IMG/VR virus record: IMGVR_UViG_3300017917_000723
Location: 1,251 to 65,250 of that record
From: a virus
Lineage: Duplodnaviria > Caudoviricetes
Reading direction: 5' to 3' (one strand)
DNA: 64,000 bases
The notes beneath the pieces were generated by a model. It did no database searches, was not told where the DNA came from, and saw nothing but the letters and a program-made list of their open reading frames with translations. The translations under genes and the position numbers were made by a program. This document shows, one piece after another, positions 18,129-27,916 of the stretch (its first letter is position 1; every line of letters begins with the position of its first letter).

Positions 18129-18862
18129 TATTTTGCTCCTTTAGCTTCTGCTAATTTCTTTTGTAGTTCTGAACGGATCCAAGAACGTAGTTCTTCGCCT
18201 TCCATAGCCATCGGATTATCTCCTTGACGATAGCTATGCTTGTGCATAGTCTTAGGTTTATTTAGATCGTTGCCATCTGGAATAGCATCCTTAGGTTCAC
18301 CAACTTCAGGCTCTGAATCTCCTACAGAATTGCCGAATGCTTCTTCTTCCTTATCTTTCTTTTCCATGTCATGGTCGTCCATGTCATGATCGCCATCGTT
18401 ATCTAGATCTCCCTGTGCCTTAGAAACTTCATCGTCTCCGCCAGGCTTGTTCATGATATCAATTTCTGGCTCTTCTCCGCCTTCATCAGAGTCTAAGTCT
18501 GGTAGCATTTTTAAAGGACCCGAATCTAGATTTCCTAATTTCATCGGAGACATCGCGCCTGGTTTATCCATTGGCTCAATTTCGATACTAGGAGCCATGC
18601 TAGGTGCAGGCTGATCCATGTCTTTGTTCACTGCTTTGATTAGATTCATTAGCTCTTCGATGTTATCTAATCCTTGTGCATTTAGATTAATGCTCATACT
18701 TGGAGGCGGAGCATCCTGTTCTTTCGGCATAGACATACCCATTGGGCTAGGAGGCATTTCTCCACACTCGTCTGTTGCCACTGGTTCTTCAACAACCGCG
18801 GCTGCTGCCGGTGCTGGCTGATCCAGTTCATTCATCTTTGCTAATAGTTGTTGAAAGTCCAT
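18128..18862 (-). CDS. Acidic low-complexity protein, candidate prohead core or internal protein
   Basis: D/E/M/P-rich with DLDNDGDHDMDD; predicted largely disordered. Confidence 0.6.
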   Translation of the reverse strand: MDFQQLLAKMNELDQPAPAAAAVVEEPVATDECGEMPPSPMGMSMPKEQDAPPPSMSINLNAQGLDNIEELMNLIKAVNKDMDQPAPSMAPSIEIEPMDKPGAMSPMKLGNLDSGPLKMLPDLDSDEGGEEPEIDIMNKPGGDDEVSKAQGDLDNDGDHDMDDHDMEKKDKEEEAFGNSVGDSEPEVGEPKDAIPDGNDLNKPKTMHKHSYRQGDNPMAMEGEELRSWIRSELQKKLAEAKGAK

Positions 18863-18864
18863 TA

Positions 18865-19443
18865 TTATTTTCCTTTGCGTGGATCTGGATTGTCTGTCTT
18901 ACTCATAGGGGACACAGATCCAGCTTTATCTGCTTTTTGTTTACTAATTTTGTATTCTGCATTGAAACCATCTTTAGTACGTTGCTTAGATGCTTTCTGT
19001 AAATCTTTTAAGAAACCTTTGTTGAAATCGTCACCGAAGTAATCTTTGTGTTTGACCTTGTCGTTATAGGGCTCTTCTAATACTGCCTTACCGCTAGGTT
19101 CCATATCGGCTGTATTGTGATCTAATTCTTCTGCATCTCCGCCGTTTCTAACACGGAAATGTGATTCAGGAACAAACCACTTGATATGTTCTTGTAATTC
19201 AGGTGCTGTAATTGGATACTCGCAAACAACTTCAAATGTTGTGACAGGCAAGTAAGTTAATTCTGGAAAATCCAGAGGAACAGATTGAATAGGAGTCGAA
19301 CTCTTTTCAACTATAGTAGGATTAGCCTTGCCAATACAGTCTTTTAGATCTTCGATAAAATTCTTAGGTACGTCGCCTGCGATTTTTAATCTAAAAGGGT
19401 ATGACTTTGTGTTTTCGGCCAGATATTCTTTAAAGGTCTTCAT
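18865..19443 (-). CDS. Candidate internal head protein with capsid-targeting-like N-terminus
   Basis: Starts MKTFKEYLAE, similar to the T4 internal protein targeting peptide MKTYQEFIAE. TAAATA-N5-ATG upstream. Confidence 0.6.
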   Translation of the reverse strand: MKTFKEYLAENTKSYPFRLKIAGDVPKNFIEDLKDCIGKANPTIVEKSSTPIQSVPLDFPELTYLPVTTFEVVCEYPITAPELQEHIKWFVPESHFRVRNGGDAEELDHNTADMEPSGKAVLEEPYNDKVKHKDYFGDDFNKGFLKDLQKASKQRTKDGFNAEYKISKQKADKAGSVSPMSKTDNPDPRKGK

Positions 19444-19451
19444 AGTAATAT

Positions 19452-19934
19452 TTATGCTTTTCCGCTTAATTTTTTCAGTAGCTCGTTGCGGTCAGTAATC
19501 ACATAACCCTGACCGTTAATCACATTATTTGGATCGTTGCCTGCATCATTATCAATTTTTAACTTCTTTAGCTGTAGATCCACTGACTTTAACTTCTTTT
19601 CGATCTTATTGGTTTTGGCAGTAATAGCATTGCCCATCATAGAACTGGCCACTTCAAAAATGCGGCTAGCATAGCGTACTTCTACGTTCATGCCTAGATC
19701 CATTAGATCGTCATAGGCCTGCTCTGCTTTTTTGGCTAGATTATCTAGTTCCTGCTCGTCTAGATTTTCTAGTTCCTGTATTTTGGGCAAAGTTTGAACT
19801 ATTTTTTCTACTGCCTGATATTGCTCGTCAAGGCTGGTTACTTCTTCGTGTGTAGGAGCAGGCGGTTTTTCAATCTCAACTTTTTTAGGTTGTGATGATT
19901 CTAGATTAAAAAGTTCTTCAAGTTTTTTGGTCAT
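19452..19934 (-). CDS. gp16: Terminase small subunit-like protein
   Basis: Helical core AYDDLMDLGMNVE.RYASRIFEVA and a C-terminal DRNELLKKL resembling T4-like TerS. Confidence 0.6.
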   Translation of the reverse strand: MTKKLEELFNLESSQPKKVEIEKPPAPTHEEVTSLDEQYQAVEKIVQTLPKIQELENLDEQELDNLAKKAEQAYDDLMDLGMNVEVRYASRIFEVASSMMGNAITAKTNKIEKKLKSVDLQLKKLKIDNDAGNDPNNVINGQGYVITDRNELLKKLSGKA

Positions 19935-19941
19935 ACTTTAC

Positions 19942-20382
19942 TTATCTACGTTTTCCACCATTATGGAAAATATCATTTTCGCTAACTACCCTAAAACGTA
20001 TACCCTGTTGCTTACACCATTTTCCAGCAGCTTCCCATTTGGCCATATTTTTAACATATTGTTCTTGGTTATATAAACTTTTGCCAACTTTTTCTCTTAG
20101 TGTATGGTTGCTAGGCTTTACTTCTACAACTTCTGCATGTTTGGTTCCATTTTTATCAACATACACGATAAAAAAATCAGGCACATATATTGTGCTTTTG
20201 CCTGTCAGGGGATCTCTATATGGAATTTGAATACTTTCGCTAGCCCAATTCTGAACCCCTGGGTGTTCGTCGAGCATTCGCATAAAAACAAATTCCCATG
20301 AACTACGGGCTAAAGGAGTTTTCTTCCCAACATATTTGTCAGGGTTTTTCATTTCAAATTTACCCTGTGCAAACTTAGCCAT
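19942..20382 (-). CDS. gp4: Head completion nuclease (gp4/TnsA-like PD-(D/E)xK)
   Basis: NPDKYVG, RSSWE, WASE..IPY, YVPDF, EVKP and NMAKWEAA. Confidence 0.9.
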   Translation of the reverse strand: MAKFAQGKFEMKNPDKYVGKKTPLARSSWEFVFMRMLDEHPGVQNWASESIQIPYRDPLTGKSTIYVPDFFIVYVDKNGTKHAEVVEVKPSNHTLREKVGKSLYNQEQYVKNMAKWEAAGKWCKQQGIRFRVVSENDIFHNGGKRR

Positions 20383-20747
20383 TATGCCGATATATTCCTT
20401 GTTTGATTAGGTTTAACGTCGGTGGTTCTAAAACCTAATATAGATGTCGAAATCCTGTTATTGTTTAATATTTCGCCAACTAGTTGACTCAATGACATAG
20501 CAGAAAATCCTTTAAGACTATCTAATATTTGTCCTATAGGTGTGCCGTCAATTTTGGCTTGTCTTAATAGTGTCATAGCTACTGTGTTTGCAGCATCGTT
20601 GTCAAAACCAACTCTTTCAAAAAAAGTTACAGCTAGTGTTACATCGTTAGCTGAAAACTCCATAGGAGTTTCGCCGTATCGATCAAAATATAACTTAGTG
20701 CCGGCGGCACTATCTTCTATAACTCTTGGAGGTAAATTAGTTGCCAT
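20382..20747 (-). CDS. Hypothetical protein
   Basis: 121 aa ORF coupled in the tail/head operon. Confidence 0.75.
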   Translation of the reverse strand: MATNLPPRVIEDSAAGTKLYFDRYGETPMEFSANDVTLAVTFFERVGFDNDAANTVAMTLLRQAKIDGTPIGQILDSLKGFSAMSLSQLVGEILNNNRISTSILGFRTTDVKPNQTRNISA

Positions 20748-20748
20748 A

Positions 20749-21825
20749 TTATCGACCTGTTAGATTTCTCTGGGTAGCAGATGTTGTAGGTTCAGTAGAA
20801 GCACTCTTAGGAAATACACTGCCAACAACACCACCTACGGTTGAAACTGCTGTGGCAATATTTCCAGGGTTGCTTAAAATATTAACAGCTTCATACTTTA
20901 GTTGAGCGGTTGATAATGATTTTGCATTTTTATATGTGTTAACGGCTTTTATAGCTGTTCCTAAAAATCCACCAAAACTATCAAATGCTTGACCTGATCC
21001 AATATCTCCGAACACCTGTTCTAGGCCGTCGAGTACGCCACCTTCGCCTGTAAGAGTAGCAACACCACCACCGGCAACAGATAGTGGACTAGGAGTTGAA
21101 TCGTAATGTAAATTAGCAAATCCTTTTGGATTATTATAGCTAACATTTCCTGCAGAATATTTTACAGCTTCGTATTCCAATGTCATTTGGCTATCGTTAA
21201 ATTCCGAAGCAGAGTAATCCATTGTTCCGTGAGTCCAAGACTTGATTCTAGGATTAACTAATGTGTAGCCGATAAATCTTCTACGACTCATTGTATAAAT
21301 TGTAACGGAATCAAAGAAGGGTGCTCCTACATCATTGTCTAAACCGTATCTAAAATTATCTTTAGGAGTCTTTGTTGGTCTTAATTGACTAGCATCATAT
21401 GCAGCATTTGGTTGCAATCTATCTGCGATATAGTATCCGTAATAGATCGCCCACATAGCACTAATTATACCTGCACTATCATCGTGCATTGTGATAGAGA
21501 CTGGCTCATAATTAATTTGTTTGTAAACTATTTTCTTTCTATTGTATTGATTTTTTACAACACTATCAAAGTTAAATTTAGGTAAGTCTGCTGACTTTAC
21601 TAGTAGGCCAACTTCTTCTTGATGTTTGTTAGTAAAAGACGGAGCTCTAATGGCACGTTTATTGATTTCAAATCGAACATAAAAAAGAAATTTAGTTCGA
21701 GGCGCCAACCTCATAGTATCGTCTACAAATAGACGTGTGGCATGTCGCCAGTTGGATTGTTGTCCCTTAGGGTTTAAAACACCTTCAGCAACACCGTTAA
21801 GAAATCTTGTGAAATAATTGGCCAT
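20749..21825 (-). CDS. Tail-tube-fold baseplate/tube initiator (gp48/gp54-like)
   Basis: LVKSADLPKF, NQYNRK, YEPVSITMHDD and MTLEYE resemble the tube fold; lies next to gp19. Confidence 0.65.
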   Translation of the reverse strand: MANYFTRFLNGVAEGVLNPKGQQSNWRHATRLFVDDTMRLAPRTKFLFYVRFEINKRAIRAPSFTNKHQEEVGLLVKSADLPKFNFDSVVKNQYNRKKIVYKQINYEPVSITMHDDSAGIISAMWAIYYGYYIADRLQPNAAYDASQLRPTKTPKDNFRYGLDNDVGAPFFDSVTIYTMSRRRFIGYTLVNPRIKSWTHGTMDYSASEFNDSQMTLEYEAVKYSAGNVSYNNPKGFANLHYDSTPSPLSVAGGGVATLTGEGGVLDGLEQVFGDIGSGQAFDSFGGFLGTAIKAVNTYKNAKSLSTAQLKYEAVNILSNPGNIATAVSTVGGVVGSVFPKSASTEPTTSATQRNLTGR

Positions 21826-21842
21826 ACAAATATTTATGCCAC

Positions 21843-21870
21843 AAAAAAAGCCCGGTTAAACCGAGCTTTC
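21843..21870 (-). terminator. Rho-independent terminator after tail tube gene
   Basis: AAAGCTCGG TTTAA CCGGGCTTT TTTT, followed by ATAAATA-N5-ATG(21825). Confidence 0.85.
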
Positions 21871-21886
21871 TTTGTTAAAGGTTTAA

Positions 21887-22537
21887 TTAACCTTGGGCTG
21901 TAGAAGCACCTGTTGTAGCTGCACCTAAAGTACGGCCAACTGCTGCGCCAATACCACCAACTGGACTTACTGCTGCTGCACCTGCTGCAAACTGCGATAA
22001 GTTATCGTAGGCGATTGTAAGAGCAACAGTCATGTGCTCGTTGGTGCTGTAGTTAGCATCACCGTAGTCTACGTTCTGTAAGAAGCAACCGTATAGTTCA
22101 AATGTTTCTAGTGTTTCTGGAGTTAGTGTACCGTTACCACCGTCTAGTACTTCGATACGTGTTGTGAACTTGTAATCAATACCTGAACGAGCAGATGCCT
22201 GCTCCATGAAGTCGTATTGCTTCTGGATTTGTTGTCCAACTAACTTTTGAACTTGTCCGCTAGCATCGTCACGTAATGTTAATGTTACGTTTTCTAACGA
22301 ATACTTACCAGCAAGTTTAACCTTAGAGTTATAAACGTCTAGTGTCATTTCTTCGAATGAAACTTTTGGTCTAGTAACTTCTTGAACTTGCTTTGTTAGT
22401 TCAGTTGCAGCGGCAACTCCAAATCCTAACAGGGTAACACGGAAGCGATATTTCAACTTCGGCATTAGAAGCACCTGAGTGCTTCCTGCCGCATTGGTTG
22501 TTGGAATACCGATGTTGTTAAGTGATGTAATTGCCAT
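21887..22537 (-). CDS. gp19: Tail tube protein
   Basis: PKLKYRFRV, RPKVSFEE, LTLRDD and ELYGCFLQNVDYG; directly downstream of the sheath gene. Confidence 0.88.
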   Translation of the reverse strand: MAITSLNNIGIPTTNAAGSTQVLLMPKLKYRFRVTLLGFGVAAATELTKQVQEVTRPKVSFEEMTLDVYNSKVKLAGKYSLENVTLTLRDDASGQVQKLVGQQIQKQYDFMEQASARSGIDYKFTTRIEVLDGGNGTLTPETLETFELYGCFLQNVDYGDANYSTNEHMTVALTIAYDNLSQFAAGAAAVSPVGGIGAAVGRTLGAATTGASTAQG

Positions 22538-22539
22538 TT

Positions 22540-25500
22540 TTAAATTTCTCCTGTGTTCTTGACACGCAATGGAATGTAAATGAATTCAACTGCCTTCACT
22601 GGTTCAATCGCAATGTCTACATATAGTTCGTTACGATCGATACGTGATGGAGTGTTGTTGCTTTCATCACAAACAACAGCATAGTCGTAAATAGCTCTTA
22701 GACCTACTAACTCTAACAACAAGCTCTCAACTGCTTGTTTGATCTCATCACGTGTGATCTTATCGTTAGGTTCGAAGATGTATGGACGAGCTAGTTTGTT
22801 CAACTGACTGCGTAGATATACAACTAAACGTGCTACGTTAATTCTGTCTAGTGCAGAAGCATTTCTTGCACGAGTCTTTTGACCGTATGCAACTAAACCA
22901 ACACCGTTGAAGAATGGAATTGGGTTAATCTTTAGGTCATATAGTGTATCACGCTGTCCTTCATTTAGTGCTACAGTTTGGAATTCACCTGTCATAGCAT
23001 CGATATAACCAACTGCTGTAGCGTTAGTAATACCACCACGACGTGTACCTGCTGGAGCAAACCATGGATAACTTACGTTGTCGCTTAGAGCGATTGTCTT
23101 TAGCATCATGTGCGATGCTGGAACAACTGCACCTGCGCCGCTTAGGTCTGTTGTGAAACCGTTTGGATAATAAGTAGCTAGGTATTCATCATATGTAACG
23201 ATACCGTCGTCACCGTTGTCTGTTACTAGGTTAGCGTTAGTACCCCATGTTGTTAACGAAGTAGCATCGCTCTTTAATCTTAATGGAGTATCACCGACAA
23301 CGAACGCTGTGATACCGCGATCGATGTTTAGGTTAACTAGATTGCTTAATAATTCTGGATAACCAGGAGCAGCAATTAAGTTAAAGTTTCTACGCTCTTC
23401 GTCACGAATTTCTTGGCTAGTATCAACAACACTCTTCATTGCCTGTACAACAACTTTACGCTGTGCCTTGCGACCAAAGCTACCTGAACCGTCTTCGTTG
23501 TTACCAGAAGCAGTAACCCAACGATCTGTCCAGTATGTTTCCATGCTTAGACCAGCTCCGCTGAGGAATGCTGTACCTGCTAGTGTTGCTGTACTTGTAC
23601 GTGGGTTGTCACCAGTAGTGTCAATATAGCTGTTAGCATAACGCTTAACGTTACCGCCGGAACGACGTAGGTTCCATAGCAACATACCTTTTGGATATAG
23701 TGCCGGATCTGGAGCATCTGGGTCTAGGAAGTTATTTGTAACTAGGTCTTCGATTGTTGATGCTTCTTTTGATGAACCTGCTGTTGCCCAACGAGCGTCA
23801 GCAAATAGAACACCTTCTTCTGTTGTTTGATCTGTCTTATCGACTAATTCCCAACGTTGTGATTGATCAGCAATGTCTGTTAAGTTGCTGTTATATCTAT
23901 AGATAGTTGGATAGTTTTCCATGTCAGCTGTGCTGATCCATAAGTCGCCAGTTGTTGTTACACCAGAAACATAAGGATTGCTTGCAGCTACGATTGGTAG
24001 ATAACCTGTTCTTAGATTTGTTGTTGGGGCTTCATAATATGGAGCAGTTGAGTGTCTGTAACCTACCCATGTAGCACCGTTATGAACCATGATATCAACT
24101 TCGCTGAAGTTTGGATTATACCATAATTGTCCGTCTGTTGGCTCGTTTAGAGGAGCATCTCCGCTGGCTGCAAATCTTGGATTTGAAGCACATAGTGGTT
24201 TCCAACCAGATGCTAGATATTCTTCACTTGCGCCTGCTGATAGGTCTTCTTGGCCTACAACAACTGAACCAGTTGATAGGTTGTAGAAGTTTTCTGTACC
24301 TTCTCTTGTTTTTAAATTGTATGCTGCAAATAGCTTAGAAACAGGAGTACCAGTACCGTCTGTAAATCTCATGTCTCCGCCAGCTGTATGAGTAATTACT
24401 AATCTGCTTGATGTTGCAGACACTGTAATTACAGAAGCTTCGATATTGGTAAAACCTGCAGAGTTTATAGCTGCGGCAATGATGTCAGCATCACCCGAAT
24501 TACCTTGCAACGGATTAGCAGGTGTATTTGTTGATGCACAGCTAATTGTTTTTGCAGTATCTAAACTTTCTTGTCCTACTAAAGTTTCTTTTAATGTAAA
24601 TGTATAGTTTCCTGCAGAAAAAGTTCCTGATTTAATAATATTCGATGTAACACTAGTACCGGTTCCAGCAGCTACATTTCTGCGCCATACACGGAATTCT
24701 GCTGTGTTTGTTGTCGAATCAAAACCAGAATTTTCAGATGCATTGCTCTGTACAAATAATGCATCAGCTGCAACTTTTGCACCACCACCGCTACGGTCTA
24801 AAGAATAAAGTGCAGCATTTGTTGAAGCGTAAATTGGTGCTTCGTTGCTGACCCATGATTCTGTAGCAGAACTCCATTGCTTTGCTCTCCAACGAGCACC
24901 GTTGTTTGGTTCTGTAGACTTAATCCAAACAGAACCTGTTGGATATCCTGCTGTTAATGGATTGTTTCCAGTAGCATTGTCTGTGATCTTAAATGCTGGC
25001 ACAGAAGTATGTGGGCTGATTTGTAATTTAGGTGCTGCATATCTTCCAACTGTTACACCTAATGTTGCCCAGCTAGCTGTACCGTCTTCTAGTTGAACTG
25101 TACCGTCTGCTGCTGAATCTAAACCAGAGGATGTTCCGTCACAGTAGACATATAATTTGTTGTTAATAACATCTGCACATACTCCAGGTATGCTTGCACC
25201 GTTAATTGCTGTTTCAGCTGCGGCTACTCCGCCGTTAACGTTAATCTGTTGATTGTTAATGAACAATGTGCCGTTAACTGTGCTTGTAGAAGCAGTTCCA
25301 GCGTATACTGGCCAGCTAGCTTTCCATTCTGGGCTACCGACTAGTACCCAGTCACCTGAGCTAACTGCTGTTCCGCCACCTGCTACGCCACCATTACCTG
25401 CAGATTTAAAATAAATTCTTGCTAGGTCTTCGTTTGTACCGAATGATGTATCGCCTTCAACAGTTTGGAATACTACAGCATAGTCACCGATCATGCCCAC

Positions 25501-26061
25501 AGATCCCTTTGGAGCATTGTTTTCAATCTTAGCTGGATAGTCGCTGTCGGTTAAAACCACAGGAACTTTATTGCTAAATTTCTGTCCACCTGTAGTAGTA
25601 GGAGCAGCACCGTTCCATTCTTGTACACCCCAGGTTGTTGCCTGTGTGTCAATCCACCATTGTCCGTTTGTTGGGTTCGCTCCCGGGGCATCTACTTGTG
25701 CTTCTAGTTCGTCTAGGTTTACATCTGCACGAACAATAAATGCCGCGTTACTTACACCTAATAAACTGTATGCTGCTAACAAACCGTATTCGTTACGCTC
25801 TGATCCGTGTACAGGAGTAGAACTCGCTGTCTTTTCAAAGAACGGAATACCGAATGTTTCTGTTAAATCTCTTTGGCTGGTCATTTTAAATGCCTTACCA
25901 GCATTGGCTTTTGTTGTACCGGCGGCAACGCCTGTGCCTGCGCCGTTTGTCTTATCTTGGCCTGTTGCTACAACGATAAGAGGTGTTGTCCCAGGCTCAG
26001 CTGGTGTATAAAAACTCTCGTCGATTACCGTAACTTGTACGCCGGGTGATGTTAGTGCCAT
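22540..26061 (-). CDS. gp18: Contractile tail sheath protein with a large internal insertion (1173 aa)
   Basis: MALTSPGVQVTVIDES N-terminus; PWFAPAGTRRG, INPI, YGQKT, LDRINVARL, FEPND and IEPVKAVEFIYI. Confidence 0.96.
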   Translation of the reverse strand: MALTSPGVQVTVIDESFYTPAEPGTTPLIVVATGQDKTNGAGTGVAAGTTKANAGKAFKMTSQRDLTETFGIPFFEKTASSTPVHGSERNEYGLLAAYSLLGVSNAAFIVRADVNLDELEAQVDAPGANPTNGQWWIDTQATTWGVQEWNGAAPTTTGGQKFSNKVPVVLTDSDYPAKIENNAPKGSVGMIGDYAVVFQTVEGDTSFGTNEDLARIYFKSAGNGGVAGGGTAVSSGDWVLVGSPEWKASWPVYAGTASTSTVNGTLFINNQQINVNGGVAAAETAINGASIPGVCADVINNKLYVYCDGTSSGLDSAADGTVQLEDGTASWATLGVTVGRYAAPKLQISPHTSVPAFKITDNATGNNPLTAGYPTGSVWIKSTEPNNGARWRAKQWSSATESWVSNEAPIYASTNAALYSLDRSGGGAKVAADALFVQSNASENSGFDSTTNTAEFRVWRRNVAAGTGTSVTSNIIKSGTFSAGNYTFTLKETLVGQESLDTAKTISCASTNTPANPLQGNSGDADIIAAAINSAGFTNIEASVITVSATSSRLVITHTAGGDMRFTDGTGTPVSKLFAAYNLKTREGTENFYNLSTGSVVVGQEDLSAGASEEYLASGWKPLCASNPRFAASGDAPLNEPTDGQLWYNPNFSEVDIMVHNGATWVGYRHSTAPYYEAPTTNLRTGYLPIVAASNPYVSGVTTTGDLWISTADMENYPTIYRYNSNLTDIADQSQRWELVDKTDQTTEEGVLFADARWATAGSSKEASTIEDLVTNNFLDPDAPDPALYPKGMLLWNLRRSGGNVKRYANSYIDTTGDNPRTSTATLAGTAFLSGAGLSMETYWTDRWVTASGNNEDGSGSFGRKAQRKVVVQAMKSVVDTSQEIRDEERRNFNLIAAPGYPELLSNLVNLNIDRGITAFVVGDTPLRLKSDATSLTTWGTNANLVTDNGDDGIVTYDEYLATYYPNGFTTDLSGAGAVVPASHMMLKTIALSDNVSYPWFAPAGTRRGGITNATAVGYIDAMTGEFQTVALNEGQRDTLYDLKINPIPFFNGVGLVAYGQKTRARNASALDRINVARLVVYLRSQLNKLARPYIFEPNDKITRDEIKQAVESLLLELVGLRAIYDYAVVCDESNNTPSRIDRNELYVDIAIEPVKAVEFIYIPLRVKNTGEI

Positions 26062-26167
26062 ATTCCCTATTCTCCTGGTAATAGTTGCTCATAATATTTA
26101 GCGGCAATAAGGAAAAACGGGCAGTTATAGCCAATGAAAAAGGGGAAGAAAAGGTGTAAATATTTTT

Positions 26168-26506
26168 ATGAGACCACTTTGTAAGGCCTGCGCACAGCGG
26201 CCTAGCGCATTGAATTATTATAAAAACGGAAAACCTTACTATCGAAGGTTATGTGAGGCATGTATGGCTCACGGTCCTAGGGCACATATACCTAGATGGC
26301 AACAAGCTGGTTATAAACCTAAGAATTACTGTGAGAAGTGCGGTTTTAAGTCACCGCACAAAGAAGTTTTTAGAGTGTTTCATATAGACGGCAACTTAGA
26401 TAATTGCCGCCCTACTAACTTAAAAACAATCTGTGCCAATTGTGCTCAGGTGCTTCACAAGGAGGGCGTCACTTGGCGTCAGGGGGACCTCGTTGCTGAT
26501 TACTGA
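26168..26506 (+). CDS. Zinc-finger/HNH-fold protein, apparently with a degenerate active site
   Basis: Four CxxC pairs and VFHIDGNLDNCRPTNLKTICANC. GTAAATA-N5-ATG upstream. Confidence 0.75.
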   Translation: MRPLCKACAQRPSALNYYKNGKPYYRRLCEACMAHGPRAHIPRWQQAGYKPKNYCEKCGFKSPHKEVFRVFHIDGNLDNCRPTNLKTICANCAQVLHKEGVTWRQGDLVADY

Positions 26507-27106
26507 TGCAACTTTGGCATAAAGATCAGCCACAGTTCCATCGTTTTCAATAATATGGTCAAAATCAGTACCTACCCAGGCAGTTTCGCTAGCGTGTATT
26601 TTCTGCATTTTAAGATCCTGCACAGCCCAATTGTGACCTTTATTAGCTGCCACTGCTAGATTGTACCACTCAGGAAGTTCTCCACGTTTGACCCAGATGA
26701 TTTTTCCACCTGCATTACGGATACTAGAAATTTCATTAGGAAAACGACAGTCTGAAATGACTACATGATCTTTACTATTACGGAGTTTGTTTTCTAGGCT
26801 AGCAATCCAAATATCGTCATGGAAGCCTTTGCGGCATACTTCTGTGCCCCAGTATTGTAATACCCAACGAGGAGTAAGTGTAGGCATGTCAAGACGTTCT
26901 GCCCACCACGGATCTACTTGTTCACGCCATTCACGAGCTTCTTTAGTGCGTCCTTCTAACAGCATCCGGTCCCATCCAAACACCGCGCTTACAGCATCTT
27001 TAAGAGTCGACGCAAAACTCTCCCGTCTAAACTCGTGAAAATTTACCAAATAGTCCGCGATAGTATCTTTACCGGAACCAATAAAGCCGCAAATACCTAT
27101 GATCAT
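26420..27106 (-). CDS. gp1: Deoxynucleoside monophosphate kinase
   Basis: IIGICGFIGSGKDT P-loop, FASTLKD, TPRWVLQYWGTE, ISDCRFPNE and HASE. Start at ATG 27106 after GGAGG. Confidence 0.93.
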   Translation of the reverse strand: MIIGICGFIGSGKDTIADYLVNFHEFRRESFASTLKDAVSAVFGWDRMLLEGRTKEAREWREQVDPWWAERLDMPTLTPRWVLQYWGTEVCRKGFHDDIWIASLENKLRNSKDHVVISDCRFPNEISSIRNAGGKIIWVKRGELPEWYNLAVAANKGHNWAVQDLKMQKIHASETAWVGTDFDHIIENDGTVADLYAKVASVISNEVPLTPSDALLVKHLSTIGTDCF

Positions 27107-27126
27107 AATATCCTCCAATTAAGGAC

Positions 27127-27156
27127 ATTATAGCATACAGAAATTTATAGTGTCAA
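27127..27156 (-). promoter_or_regulatory. Sigma70-type promoter TTGACA-N18-TATAAT with extended -10
   Basis: Minus strand TTGACA ctataaatttctgtaTGc TATAAT upstream of the dNMP kinase. Confidence 0.8.
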
Positions 27157-27911
27157 CCAGTAATCCAAGTGTAACCGGAACCGCCAGGAACTAATTTCAT
27201 CAAATCTTCAACTAATTTGTCCATCTCGGCTTGGGCTTCTGTTTTAAGTGCGGCACCGTTTAGACTGCTTCCGCCCTGTGGACCTGCTATCTGTGCAAAC
27301 TTCTCACGTGCCTGACCTAGCATCATTTTGCAGTTTGCTAAAGCGTAATCTTTAATCCACTGTCCAGAGTAGACATCATCTATAATAGCAAAATCCGGTT
27401 TGCTGTTATAGACCATAAGCATGACGCTTTCTTCACCTCTTGGACGTTGCTGAACAATAAGTTTGTGTGTTTGAGGATGCCATGTAAAATTGATATATGA
27501 GCCAAACATTTTTCCTACTAGCTCTTGATACTGTGCAAACAGTTCATAGGTCAATAATCCGCCCATATTCGTAGAACTTAAAAGATAGGTATTAGTATAG
27601 GCTAAGTTGAACGGTTCAAACACTGTACCACCTGTACCGTTACCCGTTCTAGAACCAACACTTCTACGGAAAATTTGGCGAACCTGTTGTATTTCTTTAG
27701 GTAGAATATACTCGTTTTGGCTTTCTTGTAGTGTTAAAAATACATAACTTTCTTCTACGGCATTATCGGATCTTTGTCGGAAAACCGCTAGAGCACGATT
27801 TAGGGCTGTTTCGTAGTGTTGGGGATCTAGTTCTACGTCAATCATACCGTCACCTAGCATGGTGCGGCAATAGTCGTAAACTGACTGGCGGGCTTGGTCG
27901 TTTGTACTCAT
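27153..27911 (-). CDS. gp13: Neck protein (head-tail adaptor)
   Basis: LGDGMIDVELD, WIKDYALANCKMMLGQAREKF and GPQGGSSLNGAALK. Confidence 0.88.
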   Translation of the reverse strand: MSTNDQARQSVYDYCRTMLGDGMIDVELDPQHYETALNRALAVFRQRSDNAVEESYVFLTLQESQNEYILPKEIQQVRQIFRRSVGSRTGNGTGGTVFEPFNLAYTNTYLLSSTNMGGLLTYELFAQYQELVGKMFGSYINFTWHPQTHKLIVQQRPRGEESVMLMVYNSKPDFAIIDDVYSGQWIKDYALANCKMMLGQAREKFAQIAGPQGGSSLNGAALKTEAQAEMDKLVEDLMKLVPGGSGYTWITG

Positions 27912-27916
27912 ACTAC

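Noticed and set aside
25571-26011. 146 aa plus-strand ORF inside the sheath gene, and similar antisense ORFs in uvsX, terminase and the giant fibres
   Set aside because: They are antisense shadows of strongly biased coding sequence.
16035-26061. Introns or inteins in terminase or sheath
   Set aside because: Both ORFs are continuous, the terminase is of normal length, and I saw no intein C/S...HN or LAGLIDADG motifs.
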